Positions 1-13,787 of a stretch of DNA of 64,000 nt are shown here, piece after piece. How positions within the stretch are numbered: the first letter of the stretch is position 1; the number at the start of each line of letters is the position of its first letter. The position numbers were made by a program, and so were the translations under genes. The notes under the pieces are model-generated. The model saw nothing but the letters and a program-made list of their open reading frames with translations. It did no database searches and had not been told where the DNA came from. The stretch comes from Balanoglossus misakiensis (lineage: Eukaryota > Animalia > Hemichordata). Location: contig CM082590.2 of NCBI GenBank assembly GCA_040954595.2, positions 11,487,015 through 11,551,014 on the forward strand, written 5' to 3'.

Positions 1-457
1 GTATTGTTCCCTTGTACAAGTCTTCAGACTTTGTGATTAATTAAGGTTTACAATTGTTTGGAAAGCATAAATGTGGACAAATCTATTGTTGAAATGTTCC
101 TCTATTCTACTGTGCTATGATGAATTCCCTTTATTTCCAACCAATGTGGAATACACGAAGGGATTTTTGAGCACAGATGTTAAATTTTTGATACCCTTAA
201 TGACATATGTCAGCACATCAGAGATATTAGGTCATTGTAGTATTCAAAAACTTAAAATGAAAGAAATGTAAAATGCTGATTGGTAGCTTGGTGTTGTGGG
301 AGGGGTGCATGGCACACTTGATGTCCAAGGTTGGTTTGTCTGGCAGTGATTAGATTTTCTCTGTGTAATATACGGAACACAAATGTAGTTGATTTTAGGA
401 AGCATTAGAGGTAAACTTTCTGTAATTAATGCATGCTTAACAGCTCCTTGTAAGTTA

Positions 458-3400
458 TTACAGATTGCAGTTATCCCTAGATTGGATGCCGATGTCTGTA
501 TACCAGAAAAACAAGTGGAAAGTGATATCCCGAGAGGTAAAATGTCGAATCAAGTGATTGGTGATTTTTAGCAAGATGAATTAATGAGTTGATTTGCTCC
601 AACGAATTGAATCAGTATCCGCGGTAATATACTGACAACAAGTCTACTTGATTTTTAGCAAGCAGCAGGGTTTTACAGATTGCTGTTATTCCTGGACTTG
701 ATGTCGATGTCGGTGTACCAGAAAAACAAGTGGAAAGTGATATCCCGAGAGGTAAAATGTCGAATCAAGTGATTGGTGATTTTTAGCAAGATGAATTAAT
801 GAGCTGATTTGCTCCAACGAATTGAATCAGTATCCGCCGTAATATACTGACATTAAGTGTAGTTGATTTTTAGCAAGCAGCAGGGTTTGACTCTGGAAAA
901 ACAATGCATGCTAAACAACTTCTTGAAAGTTTTTACAGATAGCTGTTATTCCTGGACTTGATGTCGATGTCTGTATACCAGAAAATCAAGTGGAAAGTGA
1001 TATCGCGAGAGGTAAAGTGTCGAATCAAGTGATTGTTGATTTTTAGCAAGATGAATTCATGAGTTGATTTTCTCCAACAAATTGAATCAGAATCCGCTGT
1101 AATATACTGACAACAAGTGTAGTTGATTTTTAGCAAGCAGCAGGGTTTGACTCTGGAAAAACAATGCATGCTTAACAACTTCTTGAAAGTTTTTACAGAT
1201 TGCTGTTATTCCTGGACTTGATGTCGATGTCGGTATACCAGAAAAAGAAGTGGAAAGTGATATCCCGAGAGGTAAAATGTCGAATCAAGTGATTGGTGAT
1301 TTTTAGCAAGATGAATTCATGAGTTGATTTGCTCCAACAAATTGAATCAGTATCCGCCGTAATATTCTGACATTAAGTGTAGTTGATTTTTAGCAAGCAG
1401 CAGGGTTTGACTCTGGAAAAACAATGCATGCTAAACAACTTCTTGAAAGTTTTTACAGATAGCTGTTATTCCTGGACTTGATGTCGATGTCTGTATACCA
1501 GAAAATCAAGTGGAAAGTGATATCGCGAGAGGTAAAGTGTCGAATCAAGTGATTGGTGATTTTTAGCAAGATGAATTCATGAGTTGATTTTCTCCAACAA
1601 ATTGAATCAGTATCCGCCGTAATATACTGACATTAAGTGTAGTTGATTTTTAGCAAGCAGCAGGGTTTGACTCTGGAAAAACAATGCATGCTAAACAACT
1701 TCTTGAAAGTTTTTACAGATAGCTGTTATTCCTGGACTTGATGTCGATGTCTGTATACCAGAAAATCAAATGGAAAGTGATATCGCGAGAGGTAAAGTGT
1801 CGAATCAAGTGATTGGTGATTTTTAGCAAGATGAATTCATGAGTTGATTTTCTCCAACAAATTGAATCAGTATCCGCCGTAATATACTGACAACAAGTGT
1901 AGTTGATTTTTAGCAAGCAGCGGGGTTTGACTCTGGGAAAACAATGCATGCTTAACAACTTCTTGAAAGTTTTTACAGATTGCTGTTATTCCTGGACTTG
2001 ATGTCGATGTCGGTGTACCAGAAAAACAAGTGGAAAGTGATATCCCGAGAGGTAAAATGTCGAATCAAGTGATTGGTGATTTTTAGCAAGATGAATTAAT
2101 GAGTTGATTTGCTCCAACGAATTGAATCAGTATCCGCCGTAATATACTGACAACAAGTGTAGTTGATTTTTAGCAAGCAGCAGGGTTTGACTCTGGAAAA
2201 ACAATGCATGCTTAACAACTTCTTGAAAGTTTTTACAGATAGCTGTTATTCCTGGACTTGATGTCGATGTCTGTATACCAGAAAATCAAGTGGAAAGTGA
2301 TATCGCGAGAGGTAAAGTGTCGAATCAAGTGATTGGTGATTTTTAGCAAGATGAATTCATGAGTTGATTTTCTCCAACAAATTGAATCAGAATCCGCGGT
2401 AATATACTGACAACATGTGTAGTTGAGTTTTAGCAAGCAGCAGAGTTTGACTCTGGAAAAACAATGCATGCTTAACAACTTCTTGAAAGTTTTTACAGAT
2501 TGCTGTTATTCCTGGACTTGATGGCGATGTCTGTATACCAGAAAAAGAAGTGGAAAGTGATATCCCGAGAGGTAAAATGTCGAATCAAGTGATTGGTGAT
2601 TTTTAGCAAGATGAATTCATGAGTTGATTTGCTCCAACGAATTGAATCAGTATCCGCCGTAATATACTGACAACAAGTGTAGTTGATTTTTAGCAAGCAG
2701 CAGGGTTTGACTCTGGGAAAACAATGCATGCTTAACAACTTCTTGAAAGTTTTTACAGATTGCTGTTATTCCTGGACTTGATGTCGATGTCTGTATACCA
2801 GAAAAACAAGTGGAAAGTGATATCCCGAGAGGTAAAATGTCGAATCAAGTGATTGGTGATTTTTAGCAAGATGAATTAATGAGTTGATTTTTTCCAACGA
2901 ATTGAATCAGTATCCGCGGTAATATACTGACAACAAGTCTACTTGATTTTTAGCAAGCAGCAGGGTTTGACTCTGGAAAAACAATGCATGCTTAACAACT
3001 TCTTGAAAGTTTTTACAGATTGCTGTTATTCCTGGACTTGATGTCGATGTCGGTATACCAGAAAAACAAGTGGAAAGTGATATCCCGAGAGGTTAAGTGT
3101 CAAATCAAGTGATTGTTGATTTTTAGCAAGATGAATTCATGAGTTGATTTTCTCCAACAAATTGAATCAGAATCCGCGGTAATATACTGACAACATGTGT
3201 AGTTGATTTTTAGCAAGCAGCAGGATTTGACTCTGGAAAAACAATGCATGCTTAACAACTTCTTGAAAGTTTTTACAGATTGCTGTTATTCCTGGACTTG
3301 ATGTCGATGTCGGTATACCAGAAAAACAAGTGGAAAGTGATAACCCGAGAGGTTAAGTGTCAAATCAAGTGATTGTTGATTTTTAGCAAGATGAATTCAT

Positions 3401-4052
3401 GAGTTGATTTTCTCCAACGAATTGAATCAGTATCCGCGGTAATATACTGACAACATGTGTAGTTGATTTTTAGCAAGCAGCAGGGTTTGACTCTGGAAAA
3501 ACAATGCATGCTTAACAACTTCTTGAAAGTTTTTACAGATTGCTGTTATTCCTGGACTTGATGTCGATGTCGGTATACCAGAAAAACAAGTGGAAAGTGA
3601 TATCCCGAGAGGTTAAGTGTCAAATCAAGTGATTGTTGATTTTTAGCAAGATGAATTCATGAGTTGATTTTCTCCAACAAATTGAATCAGAATCCGCGGT
3701 AATATACTGACAACATGTGTAGTTGATTTTTAGCAAGCAGCAGGATTTGACTCTGGAAAAACAATGCATGCTTAACAACTTCTTGAAAGTTTTTACAGAT
3801 TGCTGTTATTCCTGGACTTGATGTCGATGTCGGTATACCAGAAAAACAAGTGGAAAGTGATAACCCGAGAGGTTAAGTGTCAAATCAAGTGATTGTTGAT
3901 TTTTAGCAAGATGAATTCATGAGTTGATTTTCTCCAACGAATTGAATCAGTATCCGCGGTAATATACTGACAACAAGTGTAGTTGATTTTTAGCAAGCAG
4001 CAGGGTTTGACTCTGGGAAAACAATGCATGCTTAAAACTCCTTGTAAGTTTT
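458..4052. repeat. 260-bp tandem array, 14 copies (first copy has a 45-bp deletion)
   Basis: ttacagat(t/a)gctgttattcctggacttgatg recurs every 260 bp (933, 1193, 1453, 1713 ...). The span of 3595 bp equals 14x260 minus 45. Confidence 0.95.
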
Positions 4053-5838
4053 TACAGATTATTCTGGATTGAATGATGTCTGTATACCCGCGAAGAAGTG
4101 GAAAATGACTTTTGTGTAGCAGTCGAAGGATCAACTATTTGTATACAATGCATGGCAACTGGAAACAGCTCCTTACAAGCTCTCCCAAGATGTGTTGAAG
4201 TCTACTGGTAAAGATGTGGAAAGTGATACTTAACTGGTGAGATGTTGAATGGAAACATTATTGTACATGTCAGAACCCCCAAGAAATGTTTAGCTTTTGA
4301 TTCAATTTTAATTCTGGTCAGAAATCTGTCTTTTCAGATGGTTGTTGTCTGTTGTTTGTCGGTCACTAAATGACAGAAAGTATTGGTCTGGTCTTGACAT
4401 TTTTTCCTCTGGGTGTTTATTTATTACTGTTGTGAATTTATTTCATATTTGTGGAGCAATTTTTTGTGATAAAATCCTCTTTCATTCCAGTTATTGTGCC
4501 ATATCACAGCGATGTTGTCTCAGCTGTTGTGTCCGTTATTCAGAATTTAATTATACAAGTGAAAATGTTATGGTATTTGTGTTCTCCCACCTCAGAAAAC
4601 TCAAAACTTTTTGTCAATTCAAGAGAGCAAGTTAAGAACTAACAATTAGACACAAACTGTCAATTTTTTCTTGAAACAGAACTATCTTCACAATATTTCT
4701 CAAATTAAACAAACTTCTGATTAAAGTAAATGTTTTGCATAATATTTCAAGTGAAAGCAAATTGATTTCTTTTCCGACTTCTAGCTGAATTATGCCTAAG
4801 GGCTTTAATGTCACTTGGGGATTTTTATTGAATGATATACATGTACACATCAAATTTTCAGCAAGCCAGCCTGGAGATCAGTGGATACCCACATAGCTCA
4901 TTTTCATCCATTACACTGCGCGTGTGCACTTCACATCATCATTTAGTTAATTTTTTTGTGGGTCCAGTGATCTTCAGGAGAATACCCTTTCAGCCTAATT
5001 GTAAGCATAATATTAATCAATATACTAACATACATGACAACTAACATAGTAGTATAAGTAGTATTTAGGCTGAAAAGGTATTTGGCAGTAGCTGATGGGA
5101 TGTGGGCAATTTTAAAACTTTTTAAATCAAACTGTAAATAGTGACAAATTTGGTCAACCATGCAGTTGATAAACTCAATGGAATTTATTTACATTGCTTG
5201 TAATCAAAATTAGATTCAGTTCGTACTTGCTCTCACAAGACCTGATAAAGACACCATTTTTGGTCAAAACAAACATTATTCATGCAATTTAGTTATTTTT
5301 TGTGGTGTTCTAAGTCTGAAGTAGGTCATTATGTGTACATAAATCTAAGGGAGAAAAATGTTGGAGCCTATACTAGGAAAAGTATTGTTCCCTTGTACAA
5401 GTCTTCAGACTTTGTGATTAATTAAGGTTTACAATTGTTTGGAAAGCATAAATGTGGACAAATCTATTGTTGAAATGTTCCTCTTTTCTACTGTGCTATG
5501 ATAAATTCCCTTTATTTCCACCCAATGTGGAATACAAGAAGGGATTTTTGAGCACAGATGTTAAATTTTTGATACCCTTAATGACATATGTCAGCACATC
5601 AGAGATATTAGGTCATTGTATTATTCAAAAACTTAAAATGAAAGAAATGTAAAATGCTGATTGGTAGCTTGGTGTTGTGGGAGGGGTGCTTGGCACACTT
5701 GATGTCCAAGGTTGGTTTGTCTGGCAGTGATTAGATTTTCTCTGTGTAATATACGGAACACAAATGTAGTTGATTTTAGGAAGCAGTAGAGGTAAACTTT
5801 CTGTAATTAATGCATGCTTAACAGCTCCTTGTAAGTTA

Positions 5839-7918
5839 TTACAGATTGCAGTTATCCCTAGATTGGATGCCGATGTCTGTATACCAGAAAAACAAGTGGA
5901 AAGTGATATCGCGAGAGGTAAAATGTCGAATCAAGTGATTGGTGATTTTTAGCAAGATGAATTCATGAGATGATTTGCTCAAACGAATTGAATCTGTATC
6001 CGCGGTAATATACTGACAACATGTGTAGTTGATTTTTAGCAAGCAGCAGGGTTTGACTCTGGAAAAACAATGCATGCTCAACAACTTCTTGAAAGTTTTT
6101 ACAGATTGCTGTTATTCCTGGACTTGATGTCGATGTCTGTATACCAGAAAAACAAGTGGAAAGTGATATCCCGAGAGGTAAAGTGTCGAATCAAGTGATT
6201 GGTGATTTTTAGCAAGATGAATTCATGAGTTGATTTTCTCCAACAAATTGAATCAGAATCCTCGGTAATATACTGACAACATGTGTAGTTGATTTTTAGC
6301 AAGCAGCAGGGTTTGACTCTGGAAAAACAATGCATGCTTAACAACTTCTTGAAAGTTTTTACAGATTGCAGTTATCCCTAGATTGGATGTCGATGTCTGT
6401 ATACCATAAAAACAAGTGGAAAGTGATATCCCGAGAGGTAAAGTGTCGAATCAAGTGATTGGTGATTTTTAGCAAGATGAATTCATGAGTTGATTTTCTC
6501 CAACAAATTGAATCAGAATCCTCGGTAATATACTGACAACATGTGTAGTTGATTTTTAGCAAGCAGCAGGGTTTGACTCTGGAAAAACAATGCATGCTTA
6601 ACAACTTCTTGAAAGTTTTTACAGATTGCAGTTATCCCTAGATTGGATGCCAATGTCTGTATACCAGAAAATCAAGTGGAAAGTGATATCCCGAGAGGTA
6701 AAGTGTCGAATCAAGTGATTGGTGATTTTTAGCAAGATGAACTCATAAGTTGATTTGTTCCAACGAATTGAATCAGTATCCGCGGTAATATACTGACAAC
6801 ATGTGTAGTTGATTTTTAGCAAGCAGCAGAGTTTGACTCTGGAAAAACAATGCATGCTTAACAACTTCTTGAAAGTTTTTACAGATTGCTGTTATTCCTG
6901 GACTTGATGTCGATGTCTGTATACCAGAAAATCAAGTGGAAAGTGATAACCCGAGAGGTTAAGTGTCGAATCAAGTGATTGTTGATTTTTAGCAAGATGA
7001 ATTCATGAGTTGATTTTCTTCAACAAATTGAATCAGAATCCGCGGTAATATACTGACAACATGTGTAGTTGATTTTTAGCAAGCAGCAGGGTTTGACTCT
7101 GGGAAAACAATGCATGCTTAACAACTTCTTGAAAGTTTTTACAGATTGCTGTTATTCCTGGACTTGATGTCGATGTCGGTATACCAGAAAAACAAGTGGA
7201 AAGTGATAACCCGAGAGGTTAAGTGTCGAATCAAGTGATTGTTGATTTTTAGCAAGATGAACTCATAAGTTGATTTGCTCCAACGAATTGAATCAGTATC
7301 CGCGGTAATACACTGACAACATGTCTACTTGATTTTTAGCAAGCAGCAGGATTTGACTCTGGAAAAACAATGCATGCTTAACAACTTCTTGAAAGTTTTT
7401 ACAGATTGCTGTTATTCCTGGACTTGATGTCGATGTCGGTATACCAGAAAAACAAGTGGAAAGTGATAACCCGAGAGGTTAAGTGTCGAATCAAGTGATT
7501 GTTGATTTTTAGCAAGATGAACTCATAAGTTGATTTGCTCCAACGAATTGAATCAGTATCCTCGGTAATATACTGACAACATGTCTACTTGATTTTTAGC
7601 AAGCAGCAGGGTTTGACTCTGGAAAAACAATGCATGCTTAACAACTTCTTGAAAGTTTTTACAGATTGCAGTTATCCCTAGATTGGATGTCGATGTCTGT
7701 ATACCAGGAAAACAAGTGGAAAGTGATATCCCGTGAGGTTAAGTGTCAAATCAAGTGATTGTTGATTTTTAGCAAGATGAATTCATGAGTTGATTTGCTC
7801 CAACGAATTGAATCAGTATCCACGGTAATATACTGACAACAAGTGTAGTTGATTTTTAGCAAGCAGCAGGGTTTGACTCTGGGGAAACAATGCATGCTTA
7901 AAACTCCTTGTAAGTTTT
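5839..7918. repeat. 260-bp tandem array, 8 copies
   Basis: Period of 260 (5839, 6099, 6359, 6619 ...); span 2080 bp. Confidence 0.95.
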
Positions 7919-9704
7919 TACAGATTATTCTGGATTGAATGATGTCTGTATACCCGCGAAGAAGTGGAAAATGACTTTTGTGTAGCAGTCGAAGGATCAA
8001 CTATTTGTATACAATGCATGGCAACTGGAAACAGCTCCTTACAAGCTCTCCCAAGATGTGTTGAAGTCTACTGGTAAAGATGTGGAAAGTGATACTTAAC
8101 TGGTGAGATGTTGAATGGAAACATTATTGTACATGTCAGAACCCCCAAGAAATGTTTAGCTTTTGATTCAATTTTAATTCTGGTCAGAAATCTGTCTTTT
8201 CAGATGGTTGTTGTCTGTTGTTTGTCGGTCACTAAATGACAGAAAGTATTGGTCTGGTCTTGACATTTTTTCCTCTGGGTGTTTATTTATTACTGTTGTG
8301 AATTTATTTCATATTTGTGGAGCAATTTTTTGTGATAAAATCCTCTTTCATTCCAATTATTGTGCCATATCACAGCGATGTTGTCTCAGCTGTTGTGTCC
8401 GTTATTCAGAATTTAATTATACAAGTGAAAATGTTATGGTATTTGTGTTCTCCCACCTCAGAAAACTCAAAACTTTTTGTCAATTCAAGAGAGCAAGTTA
8501 AGAACTAACAATTAGACACAAACTGTCAATGTTTTATTGAAAAAGAACTATCTTCACAATATTTCTCAAATTAAACAAACTTCTGATTAAAGTAAATATT
8601 TTGCATAATATTTCAAGTGAAAGCAAATTGATTTCTTTTCCGACTTCTAGCTGAATTATGCCTAAGGGCTTTAATGTCACTTGGGGATTTTTATTGAATG
8701 ATATACATGTACACATCAAATTTTCAGCAAGCCAGCCTGGAGATCAGTGGATACTCACATAGCTCATTTTCATCCATTACACTGCGCGTGTGCACTTCAC
8801 ATCATCATTTAGTTAATTTTTTTGTGGGTCCAGTGATCTTCAGGAGAATACCCTTTCAGCCTAATTGTAAGCATAATATTAATCAATATACTAACATACA
8901 TGACAACTAACATAGTAGTATAAGTAGTATTTAGGCTGAAAAGGTATTTGGCAGTAGCTGATGGGATGTGGGCAATTTTAAAACTTTTTAAATCAAACTG
9001 TAAATAGTGACAAATTTGGTCAACCATGCAGTTGATAAACTCAATGGAATTTATTTACATTGCTTGTAATCAAAATTAGATTCAGTTCGTACTTGCTCTC
9101 ACAAGACCTGATAAAGACACCATTTTTGGTCAAAACAAACATTATTCATGCAATTTAGTTATTTTTCGTGGTGCTCTAAGTCTGAAGTAGGTCATTATGT
9201 GTACATAAATCTAAGGGAGAAAAATGTTGGAGCCTATACTAGGAAAAGTATTGTTCCCTTGTACAAGTCTTCAGACTTTGTGATTAATTAAGGTTTACAA
9301 TTGTTTGGAAAGCATAAATGTGGACAAATCTATTGTTGAAATGTTCCTCTTTTCTACTGTGCTATGATGAATTCCCTTTATTTCCACCCAATGTGGAATA
9401 CAAGAAGGGATTTTTGAGCACAGATGTTAAATTTTTGATACCCTTAATGACATATGTCAGCACATCAGAGATATTAGGTCATTGTAGTATTCAAAAACTT
9501 AAAATGAAAGAAATATAAAATGCTGATTGGTAGCTTGGTGTTGTGGGAGGGGTGCATGGCACACTTGATGTCCAAGGTTGGTTTGTCTGGCAGTGATTAG
9601 ATTTTCTCTGTGTAATATACGGAACACAAATGTAGTTGATTTTAGGAAGCAGTAGAGGTAAACTTTCTGTAATTAATGCATGCTTAACAGCTCCTTGTAA
9701 GTTA

Positions 9705-11264
9705 TTACAGATTGCAGTTATCCCTAGATTGGATGCCGATGTCTGTATACCAGAAAAACAAGTGGAAAGTGATATCCCGAGAGGTAAAATGTCGAATCAT
9801 GTGATTGGTGATTTTTAGCAAGATGAATTCATGAGTTGATTTGCTCCAACGAATTGAATCAGTATCCGCGGTAATATACTGACAACAAGTGTAATTGATT
9901 TTTAGCAAGCAGCAGGGTTTGACTCTGGAAAAACAATGCATGCTTAACAACTTCTTGAAAGTTTTTACAGATAGCTGTTATTCCTGGACTTGATGTCGAT
10001 GTCTGTATACCAGAAAAAGAAGTGGAAAGTGATATCCCGAGAGGTAAAATGTCGAATCAAGTGATTGGTGATTTTTAGCAAGATGAATTCATGAGTTGAT
10101 TTGCTCCAACGAATTGAATCAGTATCCGCCGTAATATACTGACAACAAGTGTAGTTGATTTTTAGCAAGCAGCAGGGTTTGACTCTGGGAAAACAATGCA
10201 TGCTTCACAACTTCTTGAAAGTTTTTACAGATAGCTGTTATTCCTGGACTTGATGTCGATGTCTGTATACCAGAAAAAGAAGTGGAAAGTGATATCCCGA
10301 GAGGTAAAATGTCGAATCAAGTGATTGGTGATTTTTAGCAAGATGAATTAATGAGTTGATTTGCTCCAACGAATTGAATCAGTATCCGCCGTAATATACT
10401 GACAACAAGTGTAGTTGATTTTTAGCAAGCAGCAGGGTTTGACTCTGGGAAAACAATGCATGCTTAACAACTTCTTGAAAGTTTTTACAGATTGCTGTTA
10501 TTCCTGGACTTGATGTCGATGTCGGTATACCAGAAAAACAAGTGGAAAGTGATATCCCGAGAGGTAAAATGTCGAATCAAGTGATTGTAGATTTTTAGCA
10601 AGATGAATTCATGAGTTGATTTGCTCCAACGAATTGAATCAGTATCCGCCGTAATATACTGACAACAAGTGTAGTTGATTTTTAGCAAGCAGCAGGGTTT
10701 GACTCTGGAAAAACAATGCATGCTTAACAACTTCTTGAAAGTTTTTACAGATTGCTGTTATTCCTGGACTTGATGTCGATGTCGGTATACCAGAAAAAGA
10801 AGTGGAAAGTGATATCCCGAGAGGTAAAATGTCGAATCAAGTGATTGGTGATTTTTAGCAAGATGAATTCATGAGTTGATTTTCTCCAACAAATTGAATC
10901 AGAATCCGCGGTAATATACTGACAACATGTGTAGTTGATTTTTAGCAAGCAGCAGAGTTTGAGTCTGGAAAAACAATGCATGCTTAACAACTTCTTGAAA
11001 GTTTTTACAGATTGCTGTTATTCCTGGACTTGATGTCGATGTCGGTATACCAGAAAAACAAGTGGAAAGTGATAACCCGAGAGGTTAAGTGTCAAATCAA
11101 GTGATTGTTGATTTTTAGCAAGATGAATTCATGAGTTGATTGTCTCCAACGAATTGAATCAGTATCCGCGGTAATATACTGACAACAAGTGTAGTTGATT
11201 TTTAGCAAGCAGCAGGGTTTGACTCTGGGGAAACAATGCATGCTTAAAACTCCTTGTAAGTTTT
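9705..11264. repeat. 260-bp tandem array, 6 copies
   Basis: Period of 260 (9705, 9965 ... 10485, 10745); span 1560 bp. Confidence 0.95.
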
Positions 11265-13050
11265 TACAGATTATTCTGGATTGAATGATGTCTGTATACC
11301 CGCGAAGAAGTGGAAAATGACTTTTGTGTAGCAGTCGAAGGATCAACTATTTGTATACAATGCATGGCAACTGGAAACAGCTCCTTACAAGCTCTCCCAA
11401 GATGTGTTGAAGTCTACTGGTAAAGATGTGGAAAGTGATACTTAACTGGTGAGATGTTGAATGAAAACATTATTGTACATGTCAGAACCCCCAAGAAATG
11501 TTTAGCTTTTGATTCAATTTTAATTCTGGTCAGAAATCTGTCTTTTCAGATGGTTGTTGTCTGTTGTTTGTCGGTCACTAAATGACAGAAAGTATTGGTC
11601 TGGTCTTGACATTTTTTCCTCTGGGTGTTTATTTATTACTGTTGTGAATTTATTTCATATTTGTGGAGCAATTTTTTGTGATAAAATCCTCTTTCATTCC
11701 AATTATTGTGCCATATCACAGCGATGTTGTCTCAGCTGTTGTGTCCGTTATTCAGAATTTAATTATACAAGTGAAAATGTTATGGTATTTGTGTTCTCCC
11801 ACCTCAGAAAACTCAAAACTTTTTGTCAATTCAAGAGAGCAAGTTAAGAACTAACAATTAGACACAAACTGTCAATTTTTTATTGAAAAAGAACTATCTT
11901 CACAATATTTCTCAAATTAAACAAACTTCTGATTAAAGTAAATATTTTGCATAATATTTCAAGTGAAAGCAAATTGATTTCTTTTCCGACTTCTAGCTGA
12001 ATTATGCCTAACGGCTTTAATGTCACTTGGGGATTTTTATTGAATGATATACATGTACACATCAAATTTTCAGCAAGCCAGCCTGGAGATCAGTGGATAC
12101 CCACATAGCTCATTTTCATCCATTACACTGCGCGTGTGCACTTCACATCATCATTTAGTTAATTTTTTTGTGGGTCCAGTGATCTTCAGGAGAATACCCT
12201 TTCAGCCTAATTGTAAGCATAATATTAATCAATATACTAACATACATGACAACTAACATAGTAGTATAAGTAGTATTTAGGCTGAAAAGGTATTTGGCAG
12301 TAGCTGATGGGATGTGGGCAATTTTAAAACTTTTTAAATCAAACTGTAAATAGTGACAAATTTGGTCAACCATGCAGTTGATAAACTCAATGGAATTTAT
12401 TTACATTGCTTGTAATCAAAATTAGATTCAGTTCGTACTTGCTCTCACAAGACCTGATAAAGACACCATTTTTGGTCAAAACAAACATTATTCATGCAAT
12501 TTAGTTATTTTTCGTGGTGCTCTAAGTCTGAAGTAGGTCATTATGTGTACATAAATCTAAGGGAGAAAAATGTTGGAGCCTATACTAGGAAAAGTATTGT
12601 TCCCTTGTACAAGTCTTCAGACTTTGTGATTAATTAAGGTTTACAATTGTTTGGAAAGCATAAATGTGGACAAATCTATTGTTGAAATGTTCCTCTTTTC
12701 TACTGTGCTATGATGAATTCCCTTTATTTCCACCCAATGTGGAATACAAGAAGGGATTTTTGAGCACAGATGTTAAATTTTTGATACCCTTAATGACATA
12801 TGTCAGCACATCAGAGATATTAGGTCATTGTAGTATTCAAAAACTTAAAATGAAAGAAATGTAAAATGCTGATTGGTAGCTTGGTGTTGTGGGAGGGGTG
12901 CATGGCACACTTGATGTCCAAGGTTGGTTTGTCTGGCAGTGATTAGATTTTCTCTGTGTAATATACGGAACACAAATGTAGTTGATTTTAGGAAGCAGTA
13001 GAGGTAAACTTTCTGTAATTAATGCATGCTTAACAGCTCCTTGTAAGTTA

Positions 13051-13483
13051 TTACAGATTGCAGTTATCCCTAGATTGGATGCCGATGTCTGTATACCAGA
13101 AAAACAAGTGGAAAGTGATATCCCGAGAGGTAAAGCGTCGAATCAAGTGATTGGTGATTTTTAGCAAGATGAATTCATGAGTTGATTTGCTCCAACGAAT
13201 TGAATCAGTATCCGCGGTAATATACTGACAACAAGTCTACTTGATTTTTAGCAAGCAGCAGGGTGTGACTCTGGAAAAACAATGCATGCTTAACAACTTC
13301 TTGAAAGTTTTTACAGATTGCTGTTATTCCTGGACTTGATGCCGATGTCGGTATACCAGAAAAACAAGTGGAAAGTGATATCGCGAGAGGTAAAGTGTCG
13401 AATCAAGTGATTGTTGATTTTTAGCAAGATGAATTCATGAGTTGATTTGAATTGAGTCAGTATCCGCGGTAATATACTGACAA
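13051..13483. repeat. 260-bp array, one full and one partial copy (end of the macrosatellite)
   Basis: Monomers start at 13051 and 13311. The second has an internal deletion near 13450 and breaks off at about 13483. Confidence 0.9.
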
Positions 13484-13787
13484 GTAAGTTATTACAGATC
13501 TGGCTTTCAAATGAACAAAACATACAGGTTTGCAGTCAACATTTTAACAGTGTATATAGTATTGGAACAAACTGAAACTTAAGTCATTGAATCAGTTTCA
13601 TACAATATTACCAATTTGTTCATTGATCATGGATATCTGTTGTTTTGTTAGAGAATGCTGAAGCATGCAGGCTGATTTTGTTAATCCAATGTTTGAATTG
13701 GACCAGGACTTGTTCTCCCAGTCACCCAATAAAGTACTTGCATGATGGCAGATGGACATATCTGGATGTCAAATGAAGAAAACACAG

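Larger units (their letters stand above)
1..13499. repeat. Nested macrosatellite: tandem units of a ~1786-bp constant segment plus n x 260-bp monomers (units start at 1, 5382, 9248, 12594; last unit truncated)
   Basis: The sequence gtattgttcccttgtacaag recurs at 1, 5382, 9248 and 12594. Near-identical ORFs at 71, 5452, 9318 and 12664 give unit lengths of 5381, 3866 and 3346 bp. These differ by multiples of 260, apart from one 45-bp deletion. Confidence 0.97.

Noticed and set aside
5360-5385. Helitron 3' end at ctag (~5373)
   Set aside because: No convincing GC-rich hairpin upstream, and a single CTAG is expected by chance.
71-13523. Recurrent 60-97 aa ORFs in the macrosatellite
   Set aside because: They are short, have no recognisable domain, and stops appear and vanish between copies. 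Recurrence only reflects the repeat.
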